Assembly (NCBI GenBank): GCA_038245905.1
Contig: JBBRRY010000018.1
Location: 10,757-74,756 of the forward strand
Direction: 5' to 3'
Length of the DNA stretch: 64,000 nt
Source: Thermoanaerobaculia bacterium
GTDB taxonomy: Bacteria > Acidobacteriota > Thermoanaerobaculia > UBA5066
The notes beneath the pieces were generated by a model. It was not told where the DNA came from, ran no database searches, and saw only the letters and a list, made by a program, of their open reading frames with translations. A program made the translations under genes and the position numbers. This document shows positions 1-11,026 of the stretch, piece by piece (position 1 is the stretch's first letter; each line of letters opens with the position of its first letter).

Positions 1-300
1 CTCCTCGAGATCCTCGGCTTCATCCTCCTGCCGTCGCTCCTCTTCGCCTTCGCGGCGCGGCGTCAGAGCGCGCGGTTGGCCCGGGTCGCCGGGCTCCTCA
101 CGGTCCTCGGTGTCGTCCTGAACCGCTTCAACGTCTCGCTCATCGCCTTCAACTGGAACGTCCCGGACCGCTACGTCCCGAGCGCGGGCGAGGTCATCAC
201 GTCGCTCACGATCGTGACGATCGGCGTCCTCGTCTTCCGCTGGATCGTGGACCGCATGCCGGTCGTGCACGAGCACCCCGACTGGCGCGGCGCGCACTGA
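1..300 (+). CDS. NrfD/PsrC (HmcC/HybB-like) integral membrane subunit, 5' partial
   Basis: Frame open from base 1; hydrophobic helices with GVVLNRFNV and YVPSxxE motifs typical of NrfD/HybB C-termini. Confidence 0.75.
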   Translation, partial: LLEILGFILLPSLLFAFAARRQSARLARVAGLLTVLGVVLNRFNVSLIAFNWNVPDRYVPSAGEVITSLTIVTIGVLVFRWIVDRMPVVHEHPDWRGAH

Positions 301-318
301 GAAGGGAAAGAAACAGCC

Positions 319-984
319 ATGAACGAACACAGCCTCCTCAGCCCCTATACCGCGAAGGCCCTCGAATACGGTCTCGCGATCTCCTATCTCGTCCTCTTCG
401 TTCCCTTCTGGCGCTTCGTCCAGGGCGAGACGCCCGCCCACGCCTTCGGCTTTGGCTGGTTCCAGGTTCCGAACGGGGTCCACCTGCACGCCGGTCACGC
501 CTGGGCGCGGCCCGAGGGCGGCACGGTGGAAGTCGGCCTCGACGACTTCGCGCACAAGCTCTTGGGCCCCATGGACCAGATCTTCCTGCCTCCGATCGGA
601 GCGCCGGTGCGGCAGGGACAGAAGGCGTTTTCCCTCATGGCCGGAGGCCAGGAGCTCGACGTGCTCTCGCCGGTCGACGGCCACGTCGTCGCGGTGAACG
701 AGACGGCCCGCGCGCATCCCGGCGATGCGCTCCGCGACCCATACGGCGCGGGTTGGCTCATGAAGGTCGAACCCCGCTGGCTGACCGGCAACCTCAAGAA
801 CCTCTTCACAGGCGAGGGAGCCCGCCGTTTCCTCGACGCCGCGGCCGGGAAGCTCGCCCAGCGCCTGACGCCTCAGCTCGGGGTGGTTCTGCAGGACGGC
901 GGCACTCCGGTCCACGGCATCGCCCGGGCCCTCGACCCGGATCACTGGGACGAGCTGGCCCGCCGGTTCCTGGGCGGAAAGTGA
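319..984 (+). CDS. Membrane-anchored glycine cleavage H-like protein lacking the lipoyl lysine
   Basis: HAWA..VGLDDFA..SPVDG..VN..DPYGAGWL GcvH-fold motifs; N-terminal TM helix; Gly at the ESVK Lys position. Confidence 0.8.
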   Translation: MNEHSLLSPYTAKALEYGLAISYLVLFVPFWRFVQGETPAHAFGFGWFQVPNGVHLHAGHAWARPEGGTVEVGLDDFAHKLLGPMDQIFLPPIGAPVRQGQKAFSLMAGGQELDVLSPVDGHVVAVNETARAHPGDALRDPYGAGWLMKVEPRWLTGNLKNLFTGEGARRFLDAAAGKLAQRLTPQLGVVLQDGGTPVHGIARALDPDHWDELARRFLGGK

Positions 985-994
985 GCCTCACGTC

Positions 995-1345
995 ATGAGA
1001 CACGTCCGTCTGTCGGCCATTCTCCTGACGCTCGGGCTCACCGTCACGGTTCTCGGGGGCGGCCTCCCCCGCCTTCCGAAGGACCGCACTCTCCCTCAGG
1101 GAGACGGCAGCCCAGGCGTCGTGACCTTCCGCCACGCGAGCCACGTCGACGGCACGAAGCCAGACTGCACGACGTGCCATCCGGCGCTCTTTTCGATCCT
1201 GCCTCCGTCCTCGACGCGCGCGGCCCTCGCGCTCAAACACGCCGACATGGAAAAGGGTGCGGCGTGCGGGAAATGCCACGACGGCAAGAGCGCCCACGGA
1301 TTCGAGGACTGCGCGACCTGTCACGCGGTACCGAAAGAAAGGTGA
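995..1345 (+). CDS. Triheme c7-type cytochrome c
   Basis: Signal peptide, FRHASH, and CTTCH, CGKCH, CATCH heme motifs. Confidence 0.88.
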   Translation: MRHVRLSAILLTLGLTVTVLGGGLPRLPKDRTLPQGDGSPGVVTFRHASHVDGTKPDCTTCHPALFSILPPSSTRAALALKHADMEKGAACGKCHDGKSAHGFEDCATCHAVPKER

Positions 1346-1350
1346 GCATC

Positions 1351-2064
1351 ATGGAAGCCCTCCTCGCGCTGCTTACGGGAGTCGCCATCTTCGTGGTCGG
1401 CCTCCTGGCCCGGCTTCTCTTCCTCGTCGCCTTCGTCGCGGTCGCCATCGTGCCGGTCCTTGCGGCATGGGGGCTCTATTACGCGGCGGAAAAAACCCTC
1501 CTGTGGCTGAAGGCCCGCCGCCTCGGACTCGTGGAAGTCGAGGGGCTCCTTCTGGCTGAGAACCGGCGCTACGCACCCGCGCACACATGGCTCGACGAAG
1601 AGCACGGCGGCCGCCTGCGAGTAGGCCTCGACGATCTCGCCGGACACCTCGTGCATGGCGTCACGGCCGTCACCTTGCCGCAGCCTGGCAGCACGATCGC
1701 CGCCGGCCGTCCCGCCGTGACGATCGCCTGCGGTGCCCGCACCGCCGTCATTGCGGCTCCGGTGACCGGGACGATCGTCGCCGTGAACGCGCGCGTCGGG
1801 AATCACCCGACGCTCCTCCGTTTGTCCCCGTACGAGAAGGGGTGGCTGTTCACGGTGCGTCCGGCGTCGGACGCCTATCGCAGCTTCCCGATCGGTCTCG
1901 AGGCACGAGCGTGGTTCCGCGGCGAGGAGGCGCGTCTCTCGCGCTTTTTCGAAGGCGAGCTCGGGCTTGCCGCTGCGGACGGCGGCGAGCTCATTCTGCC
2001 GCCGTCGGTTCTCCTGTCCGAGGAAAAGTGGCGACAGGCCGTTTCGTCTTTCCTCGAGGCCTGA
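1351..2064 (+). CDS. Second membrane-anchored GcvH-like protein lacking the lipoyl lysine
   Basis: ATG at 1351; long hydrophobic N-terminus; HTWL..VGLDDLA..APVTG..SPYEKGWL; Ala at the Lys position. Confidence 0.8.
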   Translation: MEALLALLTGVAIFVVGLLARLLFLVAFVAVAIVPVLAAWGLYYAAEKTLLWLKARRLGLVEVEGLLLAENRRYAPAHTWLDEEHGGRLRVGLDDLAGHLVHGVTAVTLPQPGSTIAAGRPAVTIACGARTAVIAAPVTGTIVAVNARVGNHPTLLRLSPYEKGWLFTVRPASDAYRSFPIGLEARAWFRGEEARLSRFFEGELGLAAADGGELILPPSVLLSEEKWRQAVSSFLEA

Positions 2065-2093
2065 GCCCCGGCTGTCCGCCGCACGGAACCCCG

Positions 2094-2121
2094 AAGGCCG
2101 CCCTCCTGGGCGGCCTTTTTT
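2094..2121 (+). terminator. Rho-independent terminator
   Basis: AAGGCCGCCC-TCCT-GGGCGGCCTT hairpin followed by a T run. Confidence 0.8.
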
Positions 2122-2167
2122 CCGTCTTTCTGTCAAAATCGGCGGTTCGAAAGAAGGAGACTCACCC

Positions 2168-3007
2168 ATGCGTCGAACCGTTCTCGTCCTCGTCCTCGCC
2201 CTCACCGCCGCCTGTGGACAGAAGCCCGCGGCCCCCGCGGCCGAGAAGCCGGCCGCCGCGCCCGCGGCCGCCGCCGTTCACCAGGCTCCCCAGCCGGCGC
2301 TGACGAGTGTTTCGGGCACGGTCGAGGAGACCCTCGACGCCTCCGACTACACGTACATGCGCCTCAAGACGAACGGCGGCGGCGAGACCTGGGCCGCCAT
2401 TACGAAGGCGAAGATCCAGAAGGGCGACCACGTCACGGTCGTGAACGCGATGTCGATGGACGGCTTCGAAAGCAAGACGCTGAACCGAAAGTTCGACCAC
2501 ATCGTGTTCGGCAGCCTCGGAGACGGAAAGGCGGGCACGCCTCCGGCGCCTGTCTCGGCGCACGGCGCCGCGGCCGACACGCCGAAGGATGCACCGATGG
2601 CCGCGCCGCACGCCTCCGTCTCGGACGTCAAGGCGGACGCGATGGACATGAAGGTCGCGAAGGCCGAAGGGAAGGACGCTTACACGATCGCGCAGGTCTT
2701 CGCCGACCGCGCGAAGCTGAAGGACAGGATCGTGACCGTGCGCGGCAAGGTCGTGAAGGCGAACGGCGGCATCATGGGCCGCAACTGGTACCACATCCGC
2801 GACGGCTCGGGCTCGCACGAGAAGAAGGACGACGACCTGACCGTGACGTCCAACGACGCCGCGGTCGTCGGCGACGTCGTCGTCGTGAAGGGCGTCGTCC
2901 ACGTCGAAAAGGACTTCGGCGCCGGCTACCAGTATCCCGTCGTCCTCGAGGACGCGAAGGTCACGAAAGAGCCGGCCTCGACACGGGTGGAGGCGTCGCG
3001 GCCGTAG
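2168..3007 (+). CDS. Lipoprotein with tandem OB-fold domains (NrfJ-like)
   Basis: AAGGAG RBS, lipobox LTAAC, YTYMRL..WAA and VRGKVVK..IMGRNWYHIRDG motifs. Confidence 0.7.
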   Translation: MRRTVLVLVLALTAACGQKPAAPAAEKPAAAPAAAAVHQAPQPALTSVSGTVEETLDASDYTYMRLKTNGGGETWAAITKAKIQKGDHVTVVNAMSMDGFESKTLNRKFDHIVFGSLGDGKAGTPPAPVSAHGAAADTPKDAPMAAPHASVSDVKADAMDMKVAKAEGKDAYTIAQVFADRAKLKDRIVTVRGKVVKANGGIMGRNWYHIRDGSGSHEKKDDDLTVTSNDAAVVGDVVVVKGVVHVEKDFGAGYQYPVVLEDAKVTKEPASTRVEASRP

Positions 3008-3037
3008 GGCGCGTCGCCCCGACACAACGAATTGATG

Positions 3038-5191
<2,154 letters not shown>

Positions 5192-5294
5192 TGTTTTCGG
5201 AATCTTACCCGCCAGGAGGAATGATCCGGGGAGCCGGCGCGATCCGGAATAGGGAAGGGACGATCAGCCGTCCCGCCCACGATGGAGGTTTCCC

Positions 5295-6116
5295 ATGACG
5301 TCTTGCCATCCGCGTCTCTTTCGCGTCTCTAGCGCCGCCACCCTGATCCTCGTCCTCGCCTCGGCGGCCTTCGCGCCCCACGCGCTTCGGGCCGCCTCGA
5401 AGTTCTCGTATGAGGACTGGAACAAGGTCCTCGGGAAGTTCGTGGACGCCCGCGGCTACGTGAACTATGACGCGCTCGCGAAGGACCGGGGGGATCTCGA
5501 CCGGTTTCTCGCTTCCATCGAAAAAGCGAGTCCACGCTCCAACCCCGAGCTGTTCCCGGCGAAGAACGACCGGCTTGCATACTGGCTCAACGCATACAAC
5601 GCGCAGGTCTTCAAGGGCGTCCTCGCGCGCGGGCCGGAGAAGGAAAGCGTCTGGAAGGGCGGCCTTTTCTCGGGCTACTCGTTTTTCGTCGGCATGGATA
5701 TAGTCCTCGGCGGCGAGAAGCTGAACCTGAAGAAGCTCGAGGACAAAACGGTACGCGAGGAGTTCAAGGACCCCCGCGTCCATGCCGCCCTGAACTGCGC
5801 CTCGAAGGGCTGTCCGCGCCTTCCCGCGGTCGCGTTCGACCCCGAGAAGCTCGACGACCAGCTCGACGAAGGCATGAAGGGCTTCGTGGCCGACGCCCGC
5901 AACGTGTCGATCGACGATGCCGCGAAGACCGTCACGCTCTCGAAGATCCTGGACTGGTTCGCCGGCGACTTCATCTCCTACGAGAAGGCCCACGGAGACC
6001 CGAACGGCACCCAGATCGACTACGTGAACCGCTACCGTGGCACGCTGCCGAAGATTCCGAAGGGCTACGCCATGAAGTTCTTCGAGTACGACAAGAGCGT
6101 GAACAGGCAACAGTAG
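5295..6116 (+). CDS. Secreted DUF547 domain protein
   Basis: LAYWLNAYN, DPRVHAALNCASKGCP, LSKILDWF motifs; signal peptide. Confidence 0.85.
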   Translation: MTSCHPRLFRVSSAATLILVLASAAFAPHALRAASKFSYEDWNKVLGKFVDARGYVNYDALAKDRGDLDRFLASIEKASPRSNPELFPAKNDRLAYWLNAYNAQVFKGVLARGPEKESVWKGGLFSGYSFFVGMDIVLGGEKLNLKKLEDKTVREEFKDPRVHAALNCASKGCPRLPAVAFDPEKLDDQLDEGMKGFVADARNVSIDDAAKTVTLSKILDWFAGDFISYEKAHGDPNGTQIDYVNRYRGTLPKIPKGYAMKFFEYDKSVNRQQ

Positions 6117-6127
6117 ACTCCCAGTTC

Positions 6128-6955
6128 TTGGTTCATCCTTCCATCGCGGTTCTGGACGTCGGCTTCGTGAAGCATCCGGACCTGCCTCCGCGCCGCGTGA
6201 TCGCGTGCCGTGACGCGACGGGCCGCCGCGTCGTGCCGTTCCGCTACGGCGACCCGAGGTTCTACGCCGAGCACGGGACGCGCACGATGCTGCTCGCGGC
6301 CGGGGATGGTCACGGAAGCGGCCTCGTCTCGCCGTCTCCGCACGCCCGGGTCGTGCTTCTGAAGGTGGGGTTGGGACACCGCGTCCCGAGGCACGCGATC
6401 GTGCGGGCCTTCCGCTGGCTCCTCGCGCGGGGAGCCGCATACGGGATCCGCGTCGTCCTCTGCCCGTTCGGGGACGATCCCGAGAGGCGGGGCCATCGCA
6501 GCGAGGTCCCTTCCCTCGTCCGGGCCCTGGATGAACGCGGCATCGTGGTCGTCGCGGCTGCGGGTTGGGATCCGGCGGGGGCGTGCGTGTCGCCAGCCTC
6601 CTCGCCGCATGCCATCGGGGTCGGTGGCTGGGACATCGAGGCGAAGCGTCCGGCTCGCGGGCCGCGGGTGGGCGTCGTGGGCGGGGTCTTGAAGCCAGAT
6701 CTTCTCGCTCCGGCGGTACCGCTCGTCGTGCCGGCGCTGGACGGGCTGCATCGGGAGAAGGCGGGGGGAACCTCGTTCGCGGCCTCCCTCGTGGCGGGGG
6801 CCACCCTGGCGCTCGTGAGCGCGGACCCCCGGCTCGACCGCGCTGGCGTCCTCGGTCTGCTTTCGGGCGTCGCCCGGCGGATACCCGGCCAGCCCCCGGC
6901 CCTCGATCTCCGCGCGCTCTTCCGGTTGGGGATTCCCGTCCGGCGAGCAGGCTGA
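6128..6955 (+). CDS. S8 (subtilase) family serine peptidase, minimal form
   Basis: VLDVGF (Asp), HGT (His), GTSFA (Ser), KPDLLAP. Confidence 0.7.
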   Translation: MVHPSIAVLDVGFVKHPDLPPRRVIACRDATGRRVVPFRYGDPRFYAEHGTRTMLLAAGDGHGSGLVSPSPHARVVLLKVGLGHRVPRHAIVRAFRWLLARGAAYGIRVVLCPFGDDPERRGHRSEVPSLVRALDERGIVVVAAAGWDPAGACVSPASSPHAIGVGGWDIEAKRPARGPRVGVVGGVLKPDLLAPAVPLVVPALDGLHREKAGGTSFAASLVAGATLALVSADPRLDRAGVLGLLSGVARRIPGQPPALDLRALFRLGIPVRRAG

Positions 6956-6967
6956 TATGTTATCGGG

Positions 6968-7444
6968 GTGAATCAAAACGCAGACGAGCGGCGGGTCTTC
7001 GACGACTTCCTGAGAAAGAAGGGCCTAAAGGTCACGCGTGAGCGGACGGCCCTCTTCGACGAAATCTTCTCGACCCATCGGCACTTCGACGCGGAGGATC
7101 TCGTCATCCGCATGCGCGACCGCGGCACGAAGGTGAGCCGAGCGACGATCTACCGCACGCTGGAGCTCCTGCACGAATGCGGGCTCGTGGGGCGCGTGCG
7201 GCTGAACGAGGAGAAGTACCGCTACGAGAGGCTGCGCAAGGGTGAGCACCACGATCACCTCGTGTGCTCGAGCTGCGGGAAGGTCATCGAGTTCATCGAC
7301 GCGGCCATCGAGAAGCGCCAGGAAGCGGTCTGCAAGGAATACGACTTCACCGCCACGTCGCACTCCCACCAGATCCGGGGCCTCTGCTCGGCCTGCCGCA
7401 AATCGGCCTCAAAAACCACCGCGAGGTCCGCCGGCGTAGTCTGA
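6968..7444 (+). CDS. fur: Fur family transcriptional regulator
   Basis: HFDAE, SRATIYRTL, HHDHLVCSSCG, CSAC. Confidence 0.9.
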   Translation: MNQNADERRVFDDFLRKKGLKVTRERTALFDEIFSTHRHFDAEDLVIRMRDRGTKVSRATIYRTLELLHECGLVGRVRLNEEKYRYERLRKGEHHDHLVCSSCGKVIEFIDAAIEKRQEAVCKEYDFTATSHSHQIRGLCSACRKSASKTTARSAGVV

Positions 7445-7446
7445 GG

Positions 7447-8868
7447 GTGGCCCCCGCCCTCGTCCTTCTTCGCCGAAACCTCCGCCTGGACGACAACCGA
7501 CCGCTGGATGCGGCGCTCAGGGCTTCGGAGGCCGTCGTCCCGGTGTTCGTCCTCGACGACCACTTCATCACGGAGGATTTCTCGCCGCCCCGGCTCGCGT
7601 TTCTCGCCGGATCTCTGAAAGATCTGGCGGTCGCTCTCGAGGCGAAGGGCTCGCGTCTCGTCGTGCGGAAAGGGCCCGTGGGCGCCGCGCTCGCCGCGCT
7701 CGCCCGGGAGACGGGAGCGGACGCGGTCTTCACGCACGCGGACCACGAGCCGCACGGGCGGGCTCTCTTCGCGGACGCGCGCGCGTCGCTGGACGCTCTC
7801 GGCGTAGCGCTCCACGCGGTCGAGGATCTTCTCCTCGTCCCTCCGGATGCGCTCCTGACAGAGGCCGGCAAGCCCTTCACGGTCTACACCCCGTTCTCCC
7901 GGCGATGGCTCGAACGCGACAAGGAGGCGCCCCTCCCGGAGCCGTCTCGGATTCCGACCCCCGACGCGGTTCGCGCGGCGTCGTTTCCGTCGATTCCCCT
8001 CGACAGGCCGAGCGGCCTCCGCCAGACAGGGGCTTCGCGCAATCCGCGCGGCGGATCGGGAGAGGCCCGGCGCGTCTGGAACGCCTTCCGTGAATCCGCG
8101 CTCGTGCGCTACGCCGTCGAGCGCGACCGGCCGGATCTTCCCGGCACGTCGCGCCTCTCGCCTCACCTGCGCTTCGGGACGATCGGGATCCGCAGAGTGC
8201 TCGCCGAGGCGAAGGAGACATGGAAGGAGGCCTCGGCCGCGGGTCGAAAGAGCATCGAGACGTTCATCAAAGAGCTCGCCTGGCGCGAGTTCTACGCCGC
8301 CATTCTCTTTCACAATCCGCGCGTCCTCACGGAGAACTTCCGGATCGAATTCGACGCCTTCCCATGGCGCACAGGCGAGGAGGCCGACCGCCTCTTCGCG
8401 GCGTGGGCTGGGGGCCGCACCGGCTATCCGATCGTGGACGCCGGAATGCGGCAGCTCCTCGCGGAAGGCTGGATGCACAACCGCGTGCGGATGATCGTCG
8501 CGTCGTTTCTCACGAAGGACCTTCTCCTCGACTGGCGCCGCGGCGAACGCATTTTCCGACGTCATCTCGCCGACGGCGACCCGGCCTCGAACGGCGGAGG
8601 CTGGCAGTGGGCCGCGGGTTCGGGCACCGACGCGCAGCCTTTCTTCCGCATCTTCAATCCGGTCCTGCAGGGCCGGAAGTTCGACCCCGACGCGGCCTAC
8701 GTGAAGCGGTGGATTCCGGAGCTCGCGAACTCCGCGGCGGAACCGGCCGATCTCCACGCCCCGTGGACGCTCGAGACGCCGCCGCCGGACTACCCTGCTC
8801 CCATTGTCGATCACCTTGCCGCTCGCGCCGCGGCGCTCGCCGCATTCGCGACGCTGAAGAAGGCGTGA
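7447..8868 (+). CDS. phrB: Deoxyribodipyrimidine photolyase
   Basis: LRLDDN, TSRLSPHLRFG, WREF, TGYPIVDAGMR, WMHNRVRM, RIFNP; GTG start at 7447. Confidence 0.93.
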   Translation: MAPALVLLRRNLRLDDNRPLDAALRASEAVVPVFVLDDHFITEDFSPPRLAFLAGSLKDLAVALEAKGSRLVVRKGPVGAALAALARETGADAVFTHADHEPHGRALFADARASLDALGVALHAVEDLLLVPPDALLTEAGKPFTVYTPFSRRWLERDKEAPLPEPSRIPTPDAVRAASFPSIPLDRPSGLRQTGASRNPRGGSGEARRVWNAFRESALVRYAVERDRPDLPGTSRLSPHLRFGTIGIRRVLAEAKETWKEASAAGRKSIETFIKELAWREFYAAILFHNPRVLTENFRIEFDAFPWRTGEEADRLFAAWAGGRTGYPIVDAGMRQLLAEGWMHNRVRMIVASFLTKDLLLDWRRGERIFRRHLADGDPASNGGGWQWAAGSGTDAQPFFRIFNPVLQGRKFDPDAAYVKRWIPELANSAAEPADLHAPWTLETPPPDYPAPIVDHLAARAAALAAFATLKKA

Positions 8869-8874
8869 CCCGTC

Positions 8875-11022
8875 TCAGGGAAGGGGTTGAGCCGTTGGCA
8901 GAGACGCAGCCGGCGGAGCGGCGTCGAGCGGCAGCCCGTAAAGCGACGAGTAGACGCACTGGAAAAACAGCACGCGCTTGACGTAGAGGCGCGTCTCCGA
9001 GAACGGGATTGACTCGAGAAATTCGTCTTCGGGTGCGAGGCCGGACGCCTTCTTCCACGCGCGCACACGCCCGGGCCCGGCGTTGTATGCGGCGAGCGCG
9101 GCGGCGGTGTCGCCCGAGAAGGTGTCGAGGAGCTGCCGCAGGTAGCGCGCACCAAGTCGCAAGTTCGCCGTTGGATCGGCGAGGTCGGGGCGCCCCTTGC
9201 CCTTCTCGCTCCGATAGAGAACGCGGCCCGTTGACGGCATCAACTGCATGAGGCCAAGGGCGCCTGCGCGCGACTTCGCGTCCTCGGTGAAGACGCTTTC
9301 CTGCCGGATGAGGCCGAAGAGAAGCGAGGCGGGTACCCCCGCGGCGCGAGCGGCCTCGACGATCCGGTCGGCATGGGCAAGCGGGTAATAGGCTGCGCGC
9401 GCTTCCGGGGGGACCGCGCCTTCCTCGGGAGTTCCGAGCTCCGGATAGCGCCGCTTCAGGACCGCCGCCGCGCGGCGATGGTCGCCCCTCTGAGACGCCG
9501 CGCGGCCCGCGAAGAGCGGATCGAGCGAGCCCTCGCTCTCGGCGGCGTCCTCGGCGAGTCCGGGGAATCCGCAGCGGAGAAACTCCCGCGACGGCAGGGC
9601 GGCCTCCCCCGAAGCCTCGTCCTGTTCACGTGCGGCGAGCGCCGGCGGCGCGGCCGGAAGCGTCACGCCGAGCGCGGCGGCCGCCCAGCGCCCATAGAGA
9701 TCGGGAACGGTGCCCGGCACGAGCGCGGCGTAGAGCGCTCTCGCGGTCGTCGGGTCGCCAGACCTCTCGTGCGCCCGCGCCGACCAATAGGTTGCGCGCC
9801 GGCGTAGGAATGCTCCCCGGTATGCGGGGATCTGTTCGTCGAAGAGTCGCGCCGCTCCAGCGAAATCGCCGCTTGAGTAGCGTGCCCACCCGTCCGCGAA
9901 CCATTCCGCCGCGCCGGCGTCCGTCGTCGGGTCGAGTGCGAGAAGCGGCGCCAGGAGGAGGCGGGCGTCGTCTCTGCGCCCGGTCTTCCAGGCGAGACGG
10001 ATTCCGCCTTCGAGGAGCCGGCGCCGGTCGTCGTCGGGGAGAGGACGGCCGAGGAGCTCGTCGAGCGCGGCCAGCCTGACGCCGGCGGCCGCCTTCGCCT
10101 TCTCGGAGACGGGTGGGCCCGGCTTGCCGGGCAGGTTGGCGGGTCCGCGACGGCTGCGGCGCGCCTGGCGGGGTTCAGGGACTCCGAGGAGGCGCGTCTC
10201 GACGAGCCACGAGAGCGTGGCCCGGTGGAGCGCCTCGGTTTCGTCCGCCGGGTCGGCGGGTCCGAGGGCGAGAAGGCGTCTTGCGTCGCGCGGGCTCCCC
10301 GCGAGAAGCCACGCATCGACGGCCTCCGCGCGCGAACGAGCCGGCACAGCCGGTCCGAGCGAACGCAGGAGCGCGGACGCCCGTTTGGAATCGCGGCCCG
10401 CGATGGCCCGGGCCCGGGCGATACGAATCTCGACGGACGCCTGGCGAACAGCCGCCTCGAAGGCATTCCGGTCGTGTTCGTCGAAGAGATCCGCGGCGCG
10501 GGCGGGAGCGTCGGGGAAGATCGCCGCGAGGCGGACGAGGCGGCCGTCGACGTCTCCGCCCAAGGCGACGCGCGACTCGGCGAGTGCCTGGGCGATGAGG
10601 GCGCGGGTCTCTGGTCTTTCAGGCGCAGGGCGCGCGGCGAGAGCTGCGCGCACCGCATTGCGCTCTTGCTCTGTTGCGGCTAGACGCGCGGCGCGCGCGA
10701 GGGCGGCGCGCGCGAGAGCGGGAGACTGTTCGCCCGCCGCGAAGGCGAGGAGGGCGGGCACGCGATCCGCGCCCACGTGGGTTGCTGCCGAAAGTCCGAT
10801 CCACGCGGGGAGGCCCGGAATGCCGAGAGGCGACGCGTCGAGACCGGCGACGAGGGCGGCAGCGGAGCCGTCGCCCTTCGCGAGCGCGAGGGACGCGGCG
10901 AGAAGGCGCGCCCTGAGGGCCGCCGCTTCCGTGGGGACCGCCCGCGCGTCGGGCGCCGCCGACGCCCGGGCGATGCTTCCCGCGAAAAGCGCGCCGGCGA
11001 GAAGAAAAATCCGGAGTGTCAG
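8875..11022 (-). CDS. slt: Soluble lytic transglycosylase (Slt70-like); probable CTG start
   Basis: IRQES, GLMQLMP, AAYNAGPG, ETRLYV; frame stays open upstream to a signal peptide LTLRIFLLAGALFAGSIARA. Confidence 0.85.
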   Translation of the reverse strand: MTLRIFLLAGALFAGSIARASAAPDARAVPTEAAALRARLLAASLALAKGDGSAAALVAGLDASPLGIPGLPAWIGLSAATHVGADRVPALLAFAAGEQSPALARAALARAARLAATEQERNAVRAALAARPAPERPETRALIAQALAESRVALGGDVDGRLVRLAAIFPDAPARAADLFDEHDRNAFEAAVRQASVEIRIARARAIAGRDSKRASALLRSLGPAVPARSRAEAVDAWLLAGSPRDARRLLALGPADPADETEALHRATLSWLVETRLLGVPEPRQARRSRRGPANLPGKPGPPVSEKAKAAAGVRLAALDELLGRPLPDDDRRRLLEGGIRLAWKTGRRDDARLLLAPLLALDPTTDAGAAEWFADGWARYSSGDFAGAARLFDEQIPAYRGAFLRRRATYWSARAHERSGDPTTARALYAALVPGTVPDLYGRWAAAALGVTLPAAPPALAAREQDEASGEAALPSREFLRCGFPGLAEDAAESEGSLDPLFAGRAASQRGDHRRAAAVLKRRYPELGTPEEGAVPPEARAAYYPLAHADRIVEAARAAGVPASLLFGLIRQESVFTEDAKSRAGALGLMQLMPSTGRVLYRSEKGKGRPDLADPTANLRLGARYLRQLLDTFSGDTAAALAAYNAGPGRVRAWKKASGLAPEDEFLESIPFSETRLYVKRVLFFQCVYSSLYGLPLDAAPPAASLPTAQPLP

Positions 11023-11026
11023 CTGC

